A stretch of 63,277 nt of DNA, counting the filler, from Trichomonas gallinae (taxonomy: Eukaryota), in the NCBI GenBank assembly GCA_008369845.1. It is 10 parts of 10 records of this genome, joined end to end, with 100 filler letters (N's around TTAATTAATTAA, not from the genome) between each part and the next. Parts side by side here need not be neighbours in the genome. Positions count along the whole stretch, not along the records: positions 17,906 to 40,768 come from MRSU01001140.1; 9 more parts are not named here. The stretch is one strand, 5' to 3'. The notes below the pieces were generated by a model, which saw only the letters and a program-made list of their open reading frames with translations, had not been told where the DNA came from and did no database searches. Of this stretch, positions 24,650 to 35,700 are shown piece by piece. How positions within the stretch are numbered: the stretch's first letter is position 1; each line of letters starts with the position of its first letter. The translations under genes were made by a program, and so were the position numbers.

Positions 24650-25179
24650 CTTGAGACAAGCGACTAATATAATATTATAGAACTTAGATATAGGAGCTTC
24701 TTAATTTTGTTGCTACTTCGGAGAACAAACGCGTGGAGTAGATGGTAGTCCAGGGAATCCATCACAAAAATCCGACTTTTTTGATCGAATTATTAATCAA
24801 AAACCAGCAGGCTTTGGCGGTTTTGGTTTTAATATAAGTTCAAATGGAATGGATGCACACAATAGAGATTTAAGAGTTTCTAAATACCAAACTGGATTCG
24901 ATGGAGGTAATATGAAAGATGATGCATTCAATGGTGGGGTAGTAGAGGTGGCCCTTGTGGATGTGGAAGTGGTTTTATTTCACCGAAATTTTTCCATGGA
25001 ATGATCAGTGGAAGCCAGCTAATGCCTTCATACAACTCTTCAAATAAAGTATATGTTAATGCAGAAAATGGTGCTTGCCGAATTAGTATTTACCATCCTC
25101 CTATAATATGCTTAATCAGCAGAATATTTTCAATTTGAATTCGTTAAAGTTATATCTTTATGTTTTTATTGATCTCTAA
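24650..25179 (+). pseudogene. Glycine-rich (ALK/LTK-like Gly-rich domain) surface-family pseudogene
   Basis: Manual translation: AGFGGFG, TGFDGG, GGPCGCGSGFISP...LMP...ENGACRISI, then tail LKLYLYVFIDL* in another frame; not in the ORF track; 5' boundary approximate. Confidence 0.65.
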
Positions 25180-25351
25180 GATTAATAAACTTTGCTCTCA
25201 ATAAAATTTTGCCTGTTTGTAAAAATCTTAATTTATAATAAGCGTACTATATTTTTAAATCCTTATTTTTTTATTTTTATTCATAAAACTCATCAAATAT
25301 TGAAAGTAAGGTGAGGATGTGTCATAAAATAACGGAAACTGTTTGTTGATT

Positions 25352-26293
25352 TCATTCATCAGAAAAAGGTATGAAAACTGGAAAAACAAAAATATTGAGG
25401 AACCAGTTATTATTGATAGGAATTGTTTCGATTTGGTTTAAACCATATTTTAACAATGGATGAATAGCATCGCAGAGTTCTGTTGAGAGATGTGAAAGTT
25501 CAAAATGTAATGTTTCTGTGGAGGGGCCGTAACCTGCACCATTGCTTGGAAACGCTGGATTATAGAAGTAACAGTTTAATGCTGATAATGAACTACTACT
25601 AATATATAAAATCTGTCCTCCAGTGTTGTTAACAAAAGAGCACTCTTCAATTTTCGCATTACTACTATGTATGCTAAATATTCCCCAACCTCCAGGAATG
25701 TTTAAATTTTTGATAAAAACTGACCGAAAGCTAGATACTGTCATCGAATTATAATAACAGATTGGCTATGATTCACTCGATGAGATATTAAAAAAAGTAG
25801 AAAAATTTAAGTTATCATTTGAAGAATATGAACTAATTGCAACATCCTGAACTCCTTTACTATTAGAAAAATTCGTATATAATTTTGATTGCATACCATT
25901 ATTCGATCTAATAATAGCATGTATCCCTTGGCTCTGTGTAATTGAGCATCCAATAATTTGATTTTTGAATGCAGCACTAGGTAATTGGATATATGACTGT
26001 GTTCCAAAAATAGAACAGTAAGATAAAGTACTACAGACACCAATTTGGATGCAATTAATACCATCAGTATATATTGCACCACCATAACCATTTCGATATG
26101 GTTTGATGAAGGTAGTTTTGTAAACAAGTAAGTAATCTGATGATTTTCCTGTGATAACAATGACACCTGATTGTCCAAGTGATGAAAAAACGACGTTTAA
26201 GACAAAATTGAGTCCGGCTTTTGTTAATGTTGAATTTGTTGTGTGTAGAGTTGGTTTTCCAACACCTGGATAAACTGAATCCCAAATATCCAT
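25352..26293 (-). pseudogene. Right-handed beta-helix/Pmp-like surface protein with one in-frame TAG
   Basis: ORFs 25766-26293 and 25352-25744 share a frame (SSES*PICYYNSMTV); YGGAIY and CSFVNN motifs; hydrophobic tail. Confidence 0.7.
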
Positions 26294-26434
26294 CGATCTT
26301 TGGGATCCTGTCCATAGAATTAATAATGTGGCATTTGCAGACTAACCATAAGGTTATTTCACCTTAAATCATATAAAATAAAATCGCGGTTTCATTCAAT
26401 TTTGAATTCACCTTGAAAAGAATAACAACTATTT

Positions 26435-26499
26435 CAAAATGTATTGACACTTTATGCGGTTTGAGAGAATCTCAAACCGCAAAAGTGTCAAACATTTTG
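26435..26499. repeat. 65-nt near-perfect inverted repeat (30-bp stem, GAA loop)
   Basis: CAAAATGT(A)TTGACACTTT(A)TGCGGTTTGAGA-GAA-TCTCAAACCGCAAAAGTGTCAAACATTTTG. Confidence 0.9.
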
Positions 26500-26576
26500 C
26501 TAAAATGTAAAAAAAAGTGGTGCAAAAAGTCCATGATGTATTTTCTTTAACAAAAAAGAAAATTTAGAATATAATA

Positions 26577-26641
26577 GTGTTATTATGAATTCTTTTTTTT
26601 TTTTTTTTTTGTCTAGGTACAATTGGTGTTATTATGAATTC
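26577..26641 (-). mobile_element. 5'-truncated poly(A) retro-insertion with 16-bp target-site duplication
   Basis: GTGTTATTATGAATTC at 26577-26592 and 26626-26641 flanking T18 + GTCTAGGTACAATTG. Confidence 0.75.
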
Positions 26642-26918
26642 ATCACAACTGAAATATACTGCAACATTTTAATTTTTTCGAAATCTTTTCCCAAGAAGTG
26701 TATGAAATTTAGAATCTACATGCTGTTATTATGTTATATTTAATGGGATTTATAGTCATCACCGTTTTTATTAATAGACAATTACCTATAGACCTTTGTC
26801 ATTTCCAATCATTATGCTGGAATCCATAATCAGACCGCTCACTTCTTTCAGTTCATAATATAACAACAAATTTTTACTAAAAAAATATGATATTCAAACA
26901 AAAAAAAAAAAATTAAAA

Positions 26919-29900
26919 TTACCAATCTTCTTTGTCGTAAAATGGAATAAATGATATTGCTCCTTCACGACTTGCCGCAATAATTGCTCCAATAGATTGA
27001 ATAAACTTGACATATATTGCATTCGGCATTGTTCGTGAAAGTGATGAAAACGACAAATAGTAAACCTCACTTATTGATATTGATCCTTTTTCATTGATGG
27101 TACACATGTAGTCAAAGCCACGCACTGAGCTCCAAAACGTCCATGAAACAATTTTGCTGCCAATGCGAATCTCTTTGATGTGGTATCCGTTGATGTTGTA
27201 AACAGACAAATAGATCTGCTGCTCAGCCCCGCTTTGCCTGATATATTCAACAACAATGAAGCCCCATTGAGGCGTGACATGAACTCTCCTTGGTGTACAA
27301 TTTGGACCAAGATCTATGATGTGTATGATCTGGCCAGTTCCCAAAGAGCTAACTGTCAATGTTCCATCATCTGATCCAACCATCAGGACTTTGAATGTAT
27401 CATTTATGCATGAGCAAATTGCGTTGTTCTTGTAGCTTTGTGTAGTGTACTGCAATGAATGCACAGATCTGTGCACACTGCGGAAAACTGATGTCGTTGA
27501 GTCGTTTCCGCAAACTAGCATCCAGCTGCCACATGTACTGACTCGTACTGGCTTGTTTTGTGGCATTGTTATCTGGTTCAATGAAGAAAGATTCGATCCA
27601 AACTGCAGTGTGAAAACACCATTGCATGTTTTGTTAGCAATAACAACTGTGCCTTTGCTGTTAGTTGCGAACAATAATTTCTCTGGATTATCGAACATCT
27701 TCAAATAATTTGGAGGAAGGTTTGGTCTAGAATGCTCTGAAACTTCAATTTTTGTCGGAGTCTGTTTAATACTATATATAATGATTGAGCCACTTTCATC
27801 GATTAATGCCAAAGTATTATCTTCTATTGAAACAAATCTGAGAGCTGGCAACTGAAGAGTGTCAGGGAAAGGCAAAACAGTTGGCGGCAAAATTTTCTTT
27901 TGTGGATGCGGACTCGTGAAAATTTGGGCTGGAATTTGTCCGATCATCGACAAAAACTCTTCCAAGCTTGACATGTCGAAACCATTGCTGTACTTATCTA
28001 TATTCTTCCAAACATCTTCATATAGCTTTGGATCAAACTGATTAAAGGCTTTTTCAGCTTCAACTCCACGTTGTTTGTAGCCCCATACTAAATCAATCCA
28101 GTTTTTGATATTTTGACTGACGTAGTTGCTTTCTAGAGCCTTCCTGTGCTTGTAGATGAAGTCCATTGGATTATTTGCCCATGGTGGAATTTCTATTCCA
28201 TCAACTTTCTTTCCACGAACTTCTCCTAAGTCATATCCGTTCGAATTGATTAAAAATTCAGGAGAAAAGAAAAACTCAGGAATTAATTCTCTGTAGTCAT
28301 TAACTATTGACATGACAACTCTCAAAGATTCAACATAGCTTATTACTAATCTATCTGGACAATCGAAGTGGCCGCTCTGCAATTCAATGTGTATTGATGC
28401 AAAAGGTTCAATTCTCAATAAATATAAACAAACAACTAATCTTGAAATTGGACCTGAAGAAAATAAATATCTGTTCGGATTTGTGAGTTGCTGCTCATCA
28501 GCCATGCGAATTAGTTTGTTCAGATTGTTTTGATTTAAAGCTCCGACTGGTTTAGAAAAGTCTCTGAATGTTGCTGGATCTGAAAAATCAAGAGTTTTTG
28601 ATGTGGTGTCGAAAACTATCCATGGAAAGATTGGATATTGAGCCAAATCATTGAAAGACCTTCCACTCAAAACATTGAGCAGCATCAAGTAAGCGAAGTT
28701 TGAAATCTTGCAGTTGACCCAATCCTCTGTGATTTGAAGCATGTTGAAATGCTGAGCAAATGGAAGAACTTGGACTTTCGATGGAATGAAATGAGAAAGC
28801 TTTGACAATATCTTTAAAACTGGTCTCTCGAAATCAATAAACAAAGGATTTGTGTTGCAAGTGAAAATTTCTATTGCAGTTAATTTGTGGAATTTTGATC
28901 TAAGATAGATATGGCTAACGTCATCATTGTTGATAACAACGATTGAATCTTCTTTAACGATATAAATTCTGTCTTCGAAAAATTGGAAAATTCCATTTTT
29001 CACTGACTTTGGTTTGATTATTTTACATGGAAGAGATAGAATTTGCTTGGCAGACTTGGCCTGTTTAATAATAGAATCATTGGAGGCATCAACATTTTCA
29101 ACAAGCAAAGAACTTGATTCAGGTTCAGTGTCTTCAACTGAATAAGCAACAGATGAACTTCTTTTTCGTTTTGGAACTAATTTGATTGGTTCCTTTCTGT
29201 CGCTCGATTTATAAGTTGCATCTGCGTGATTTGTGTAATGATGATTAGTGCAAAATCTAAATGGACAATACGCGAAGCAATCAATGTTATCACGTTTCTT
29301 ATGTGCAGGAGTTCTTGCTTGTCCGCGCACTGGATCCCATGGTCCACCGTCTGATCTCAAAGCAGACCATAATCTTGACCATCTGTCGTGATTGGAAGAC
29401 TTCTCTTCTAACAACCTCTTCATATATAAACTCTCATAATTTGCGACCTCATTGACAATGTCAACAACATATGGATGATCGTAAGAAGTTTTGACGACGA
29501 AACTTGCGTATTCGGAAATTTTGGTAATAACATCATTCAAAACATATGAATTTTTTTCATATAAATCTTTGAATGCATCATCAATGAGTTCTAAGTTCAA
29601 TGGATTATATAGCTGATCATCAGCAATTTCAAAATCAGGCTCTAAATGTTTTATAATTGATGTCAAAAATGAACTTAAAACTGATGATTCAGGAACAAGA
29701 ATTAGAACTTTCTTGGCAAGCTCAAAGTCCTTCCAAGAATGATTCTGGTCGAAATATAAACCAAACTGTGTTCTATATTTTTGCAACCCTAGTTTGGCGA
29801 TGTTTTGGAATAAGAAGCTTCCTGACATTTCGAATTTTTGTTCTTCTGCTTCATTTTCTATCTCTAAAATTGGATGTGTTGATGGATTCCATTTGAATAA

Positions 29901-32900
29901 GATTGTGAATATTAAATAATTAAGTGTTTCGTCTTTTTCGTTCTTGGATAAAACCAATTTTTCTGTGATTATCAAATCTAAAATCGTCAAAAAGACTTGT
30001 GGTCTAAAGTTTGTTCTCCCAATGATCCACACGTAAAATCGATCGCCATTAACAATTTCTTCATGTCATGGAAAATTTGAGAAATAAGCATCAACATCTC
30101 AACACATGGATTTCCAGGATTGACTGCACAGAATATAATTGGCCAAAGGAACCAGCCAGGCATGAAATTATAGTTTTCATTTGGTTTAACTGTTGACAGT
30201 AAGTTTTGCACTTCTTGTGTGTATTTAGCAAAGCATCCATACCACGCCATGAAAGGAAGAAAAGAATAAACGTTGCCAGTGAAAAGAGATTTGACTTCAT
30301 TAAAAATCTCCGTTGATAAAACTTCTGTATTGAGGTTGTTAATGCTCAAATTGATATAAAAAGACAACAAATAAGGTGTAGTTAAGTTCTTGATCTGTAA
30401 AATTCCAATGATTCTTAAAATTGATCTGATTGTTGATTCATCATTTGTCGAAATTAATTCGATTAAGTTAACAATGTGAGTCGATTGAATTTTAATTTCA
30501 TTGGTACCTGAAACATTTGTTTTTTGTAGTAATAATTCGAATATGAATAACAAATGTTGTATCTGCTTTGAATCAGGAGTCTTAAAGCAGCTGGATAATA
30601 GGGAATTTAAGTCGATTTTCGCTGGTTCAATCGAATGCAAATAATCGAGAATTTGTGCCATTTGATATCTGCATCCTTCTATGTCTATATTTGAGCATCT
30701 TGGTCTTTTAGAGCTCGGAGCCCCGCAAATGTCTCCATCTTTAGGAATATACCAGAAATATACTCTTAATATTTCAATAATATCACTAAAGCCAATATAA
30801 TCGAAAAACTTTGGATTGATTATTATCAAAATTTGAACCCAGTGTTTGAGAATCAATAAAATATCAGCGAAAACATACCAAATGTTCAAATTGATCAAAA
30901 TCTCGGAGAATATTTGATCTTTCAACTCAGTTAATGTAGTCAACTGATAAAAAGTGAAAAACTGCTGATACAATTCATATGAAATTACATTTTCTCTGTA
31001 GAGTGTCAATAAATATGAAATGTATCCTATTTTGTTATCCTTTGTGAAATCTCTTAAACCTTCTTCTGAGCTTAAAGCAGCCTTCATAATAATAGAAAGA
31101 GACAAAGAAGGAGCTAAAGAATAGAATGAACCATCAGCGAAATTAAAATTAAACAATGCGAATAAAGGAATAATCAAATCAAATTTCCATAAAGAAATTA
31201 AAGTATCTGCAAAAGATGTCGCGTATTCTGTCACTGTGTTCATTGATTTTGGCTTCGACTTAAAGTATGCATAAGAGGTTGGATAGTTATCGTGAAGTGG
31301 ACCATTTAATAAAAACTGCGTTTGCTGCTGAGGTGAAATCATTGGGAACAATCCACCACTGATTATTTCAAAATTAGAAGTACTTGGATATGATTTTCTA
31401 AAGCCTAAAGCGAACTCTGTTATTATTGCATCATCAGACAAATAAACATTTCCTATTGATTTCTGGAAATTGTTGACTTTAACGTGAACTGTCCATTGAG
31501 AAGCTGATTTTGATTTTTTGAATGTTATTGTAATCAAATGGAAAATATCATCGGGGAGTTGTATTTCGCAATTTAATGAATCTGTTGATGTGGGACGTAA
31601 AATTGTCATTCTAAGAGAATCATTTATAAGTGAAAAAGCAAACGTTGTTTTTTCCATGGCAAAAACGAGGCTCATAAACACTTGGTAGTTGAAAATCTCT
31701 CGAATGGAAAGCCAGCAAATCGCAGTGAAACCATTTCCGATTTTTTTGTTCATTGATGCATGTAAAACATCTTTGTCGTTTATTGCTGTCAATTCATGTT
31801 TTCTGTAGACGTCAGTTAAAATGTAATCAAGCGTTTTGATGAACTTAGGATGATATTTGCATAGAACTAAATTAGTCAATGGACATAATAAAGAAACAAA
31901 CTGCTTCACAACATTAGGATTAGAAATAAACATGGCAATTTTTGACACAACATTTAGCATTTCATCCATCTGCTCGCTTGTGTAGATTTCTGTTGGCGCC
32001 GATCTTGATTGGTATAATAATGAGATAATAAATGAATCTAATTCACCTTCATGGAATTTTGTTATGTTTTCGTTTGAAAATTTCATCAATTCGGAAAAAT
32101 ACTTCAAAACTGGAATCATCATCGAAGACTGATCAACAATTTTCATAACAATTTTAACAAACAAAGATTTGCAGATGACTGTTTTCGAATAATCGACAAT
32201 GTGAACATTATTGCATATAATCATTTTCTTGAAAATCATGAAGAATGATTCAGGATAATTTTTGTTGAACATATGATCGAATATCGAAGGAATAAGTTGT
32301 AAAACATCACCATGTAAGTAAGTTTGTAATGAATAATCAATGATAAACGAAATATATTGTTCTAATGTAGGTATATATGAATCTTCTGCAGGCAAACGTG
32401 TCATAACAGTTGTTAAATTTTTGACAAAATATTTGAGATGACTGATGATACTTGGTTGTACTGTTATTAAGTTTAATATTAACTGTATGATGTGATTTAT
32501 CAAGTTTACGTATCTTTCTGTGAATTGTTCGTTTGAAAATGAGCTAGCGATGCCTTGTATCAATGCCTCCATGATTGCGTCAGTTTGTATATCATCGCAT
32601 ACATAGTTTTGTATGAAAATTGTTGTCTCCGGCCATAAAACTTCTTCATAGAAGCCCAAAACTATGGCAGACAAAAACATTGGCTCTCTTAGAATCAAAT
32701 TGCGCATGTTAGACTTTTCCATCAAAGCGATGAAAAAAGAATATAACCGTTCGCGAGCTGTTTCTATATCATCTGGTGGAGAATAAGTCATATTTTGATT
32801 CCTCAGCATGATAAAAGTATCTCTTATTAACCGAATGATTTGCTTTGAGCCAAGCATCATTTTAGATACTTTGAACAAATTCTTCTCGCATCTGATGAAA

Positions 32901-34261
32901 AATTCAGCAAGAAGAATCGGAAAAGTCATAAAATGTGTCAATGTTTTTTGAACAGATTCAGGTCCTTCGGCGAGCATCCTTGCAAACGCTTTATCACGCA
33001 ATGTGCTGATTGTTTCAAAATTTTCGCATGTTTTATAGTTGATTCCTGGATCAAATAATGGTAATTTTAGTAAATCGGCTGTAAATGCTACATTTTGTAT
33101 ACTTTCTGCATGAGTTTCGACTAAATGAAAGAATGCAGTATAAAGCATGATCGATTTCAATTCTGGATCTGAAATTAAATATTTGAGAAAATTTTCTGTT
33201 GATAATGGACTGCTTGTTAATATGTCATTGAGAATTACTAATAATGTATTTGTTTCTTTTGTGAATAATTGCGAATATTCTTTTATTAATGGTAAATTTG
33301 TTTTATTAAGTGGATGAAATCCATTTTTAAATGTGACGACATTCGAAAAACAATATTCAGCGCCATATGATAAATTAACTGATAATATTGTTGTATTTTT
33401 CGATTCTGGCCAAATATTTTGATCATTTTCGCAAAATTTTTTTGTGAAATATGGTGCAAGTGTTTGTATGAATGAATTACATTGGTTAGGTGCTGTGTAT
33501 GTCAATAATTTAGCAAACAATTGTATGGAAAATAATTCTAATTCAATAACTTGAAAAGAAATGTAAGAAATGAATGTATCAGCGATATCCTGGGTGAAAA
33601 TTTCTGGATGAGTTTCTATTGCAATTTCAGTTGCTTCGACTGTATTTATAAATAATTCTTTCGTTTGTGATGTCATTGTTTTTGATTGAAAAACTTTCTT
33701 AAATGAATTATCTAGCATCGATACAACCTGTTTCGGATACTTTGTTGAATTCATGAAGAAGAATTTCAGTGCATGCAAATATTTAACATCGAAATTTGGA
33801 TCTTTAGTAATAATTAAGTTGTAAATATATGTAAACACCGAAATTGAAATCGAAGGATATAGTAATGCTGTATCAGAAAGCAAAGCATTTAAAAACGAAT
33901 ATCCAAAACTGAATTCTAAGTGCTCTAATGAATATGATACCCAACCAATGAATGTAAGGAATAAAGAAATAGCACCGTATTTGCCATGTGAGCCAGGATT
34001 TTGTAATAATGATTCAACAATTTGATGAATATATGGATATGTGAATTCTATTTCATTTAGAATTTTCGTAATACTTTCACCCTGCTTTAATTTCGTTCTT
34101 GCGAGCTCGATTTGTTCATCGTTGTAAATCGGATATTTTATTTGCGTGAAAATCTCAAAAAGAGAATCACTTCGCGGTACATTTATCCTCCCTTCGTACT
34201 TCGCTAAATAAAGGATGGGCGTAAAAGGTTCATCATAGAACTCAATTTCTCCATCCATCAA
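26919..34261 (-). CDS. BEACH-domain protein (~2450 aa; PH-BEACH-WD40) split by a single-base frameshift at ~29990
   Basis: ISNFAYLMLLNVLSGRSFNDLAQYPIFPW, RELIPEFF, WIDLVWGYKQRG, GQIPAQIF; adding one T to the T5 run (29989-29993) fuses both ORFs (HKSFLTILD). Confidence 0.85.
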
Positions 34262-34582
34262 TTTTTAAATTATTTTTTCAATAATGAATGACAAAAAATT
34301 GTCTATGATAAAAAGGAATTCATAACCTTATATAACGCATCAACAACCCCTATTATATTCAATTACGAATCGATTTATTGAGATATTTTTAGATATCAAA
34401 AAAAAATGACTTAAATCAAATAAATATCGCATTTTTAACTTAATTATGTTGAATCAATTTCATAAGTTTAATGAAAACTTGATTTTTTTCAAATTTCAAA
34501 ATATGAAATTTAATTTTTCGATAAATACCTAATATAATAGTTTATTTCTTGTATATAATATGATAAAAAGACTAAATATAAG

Positions 34583-35293
34583 TTATTTTGAATCAAAAAC
34601 CCAATCTGCTAAAATCGGATTATCAACATATGGATTTCTGTTACCTTGAGTGATATTAACCATTTCATTTCTGTATTTATCACGCTCCGTTGGTGGATAT
34701 TCGCGATTCCATTTAAGATATAATGAAATATTATTAACAACTGAGATATCAATTTCCGGATACATAGTCTGGAAGTATAAGACTGCACGAGCAACAGCTC
34801 CGCGATCTTCTTTGATTGGCATCCATAATTCTTCATTTCCGATTTTGGCCAAGCAAGAGTATTCTTCTGGTCTTTCTGGCTTTTCTGTAACGCATGAATT
34901 GTTGATGCACCAAAATGTAGCTAAGTTCGGATCAAATTCACCAAATCTGTAGTTGCTTCTCTTGTTATTTTCAACTGCTCCAGCTGAAAACAGGTGGTGT
35001 AAGTCAGAAACGTATGGTGTGTGCTTGTTGAAGATGTTTTGAGGAACGACATGTTCTGCATTTGCTGGTAAAGTGTTTTCTTGAGGAATATCCTTGATTT
35101 TATGGCAAATAGAAGGAATTCCAGTCCCTGAATATAAGCGGTAGATTTCATTTTTGTAGCAGTCGACATCATTGTACATATTCATTCTCGCATGTCGATA
35201 ATCTGTAACTCTGTGATCGCGATAAAGTTTTTCGAGGTGTTTTCTCAGTTCTTCGCCCCTCAAACTTAAAGAAATTAAAAACAAAGAAAGCAT
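34583..35293 (-). CDS. Secreted endonuclease I family (EndA/Vvn/Bsn-like) His-Me nuclease
   Basis: NAEHVVPQ, DLHHLF, NNKRSN, RGAVARAVLYF, QGNRNPYVD; signal peptide from ATG 35293. Confidence 0.88.
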   Translation of the reverse strand: MLSLFLISLSLRGEELRKHLEKLYRDHRVTDYRHARMNMYNDVDCYKNEIYRLYSGTGIPSICHKIKDIPQENTLPANAEHVVPQNIFNKHTPYVSDLHHLFSAGAVENNKRSNYRFGEFDPNLATFWCINNSCVTEKPERPEEYSCLAKIGNEELWMPIKEDRGAVARAVLYFQTMYPEIDISVVNNISLYLKWNREYPPTERDKYRNEMVNITQGNRNPYVDNPILADWVFDSK

Positions 35294-35541
35294 TAAAATT
35301 CTTGTCACTTTTTTAAAAACTGACATGCATCACATTTAGAATTCATATCCACAGGCTTATATTAGAATTAGTTTTGGATCTCAAAATTCTAATTATCAAT
35401 TTAGTGATCAAAAGGGAAATTAAACATGCAGTCATGCAATGTAGTTTCTATTAGATATGCTATGCAATGAAATTGACACTTTACATGACAAATCATATCA
35501 TCAAGATATTAAAGTTAGTCATACATCCAAGTTTGTTACTA

Positions 35542-35566
35542 ATATATATATATATATATATATATA
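35542..35566. repeat. (AT)n microsatellite
   Basis: About 12 AT units. Confidence 0.9.
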
Positions 35567-35700
35567 ACTACATTAAATAAAACACCATGTTTAAACAATG
35601 ATTCGAGAACCTGCCGATGATGGAAATAATAATATCGCGAAAATAAAAATAACTTACATACAATTTATTAAAACAAAAATAAATAGGCATTGGATTCATC

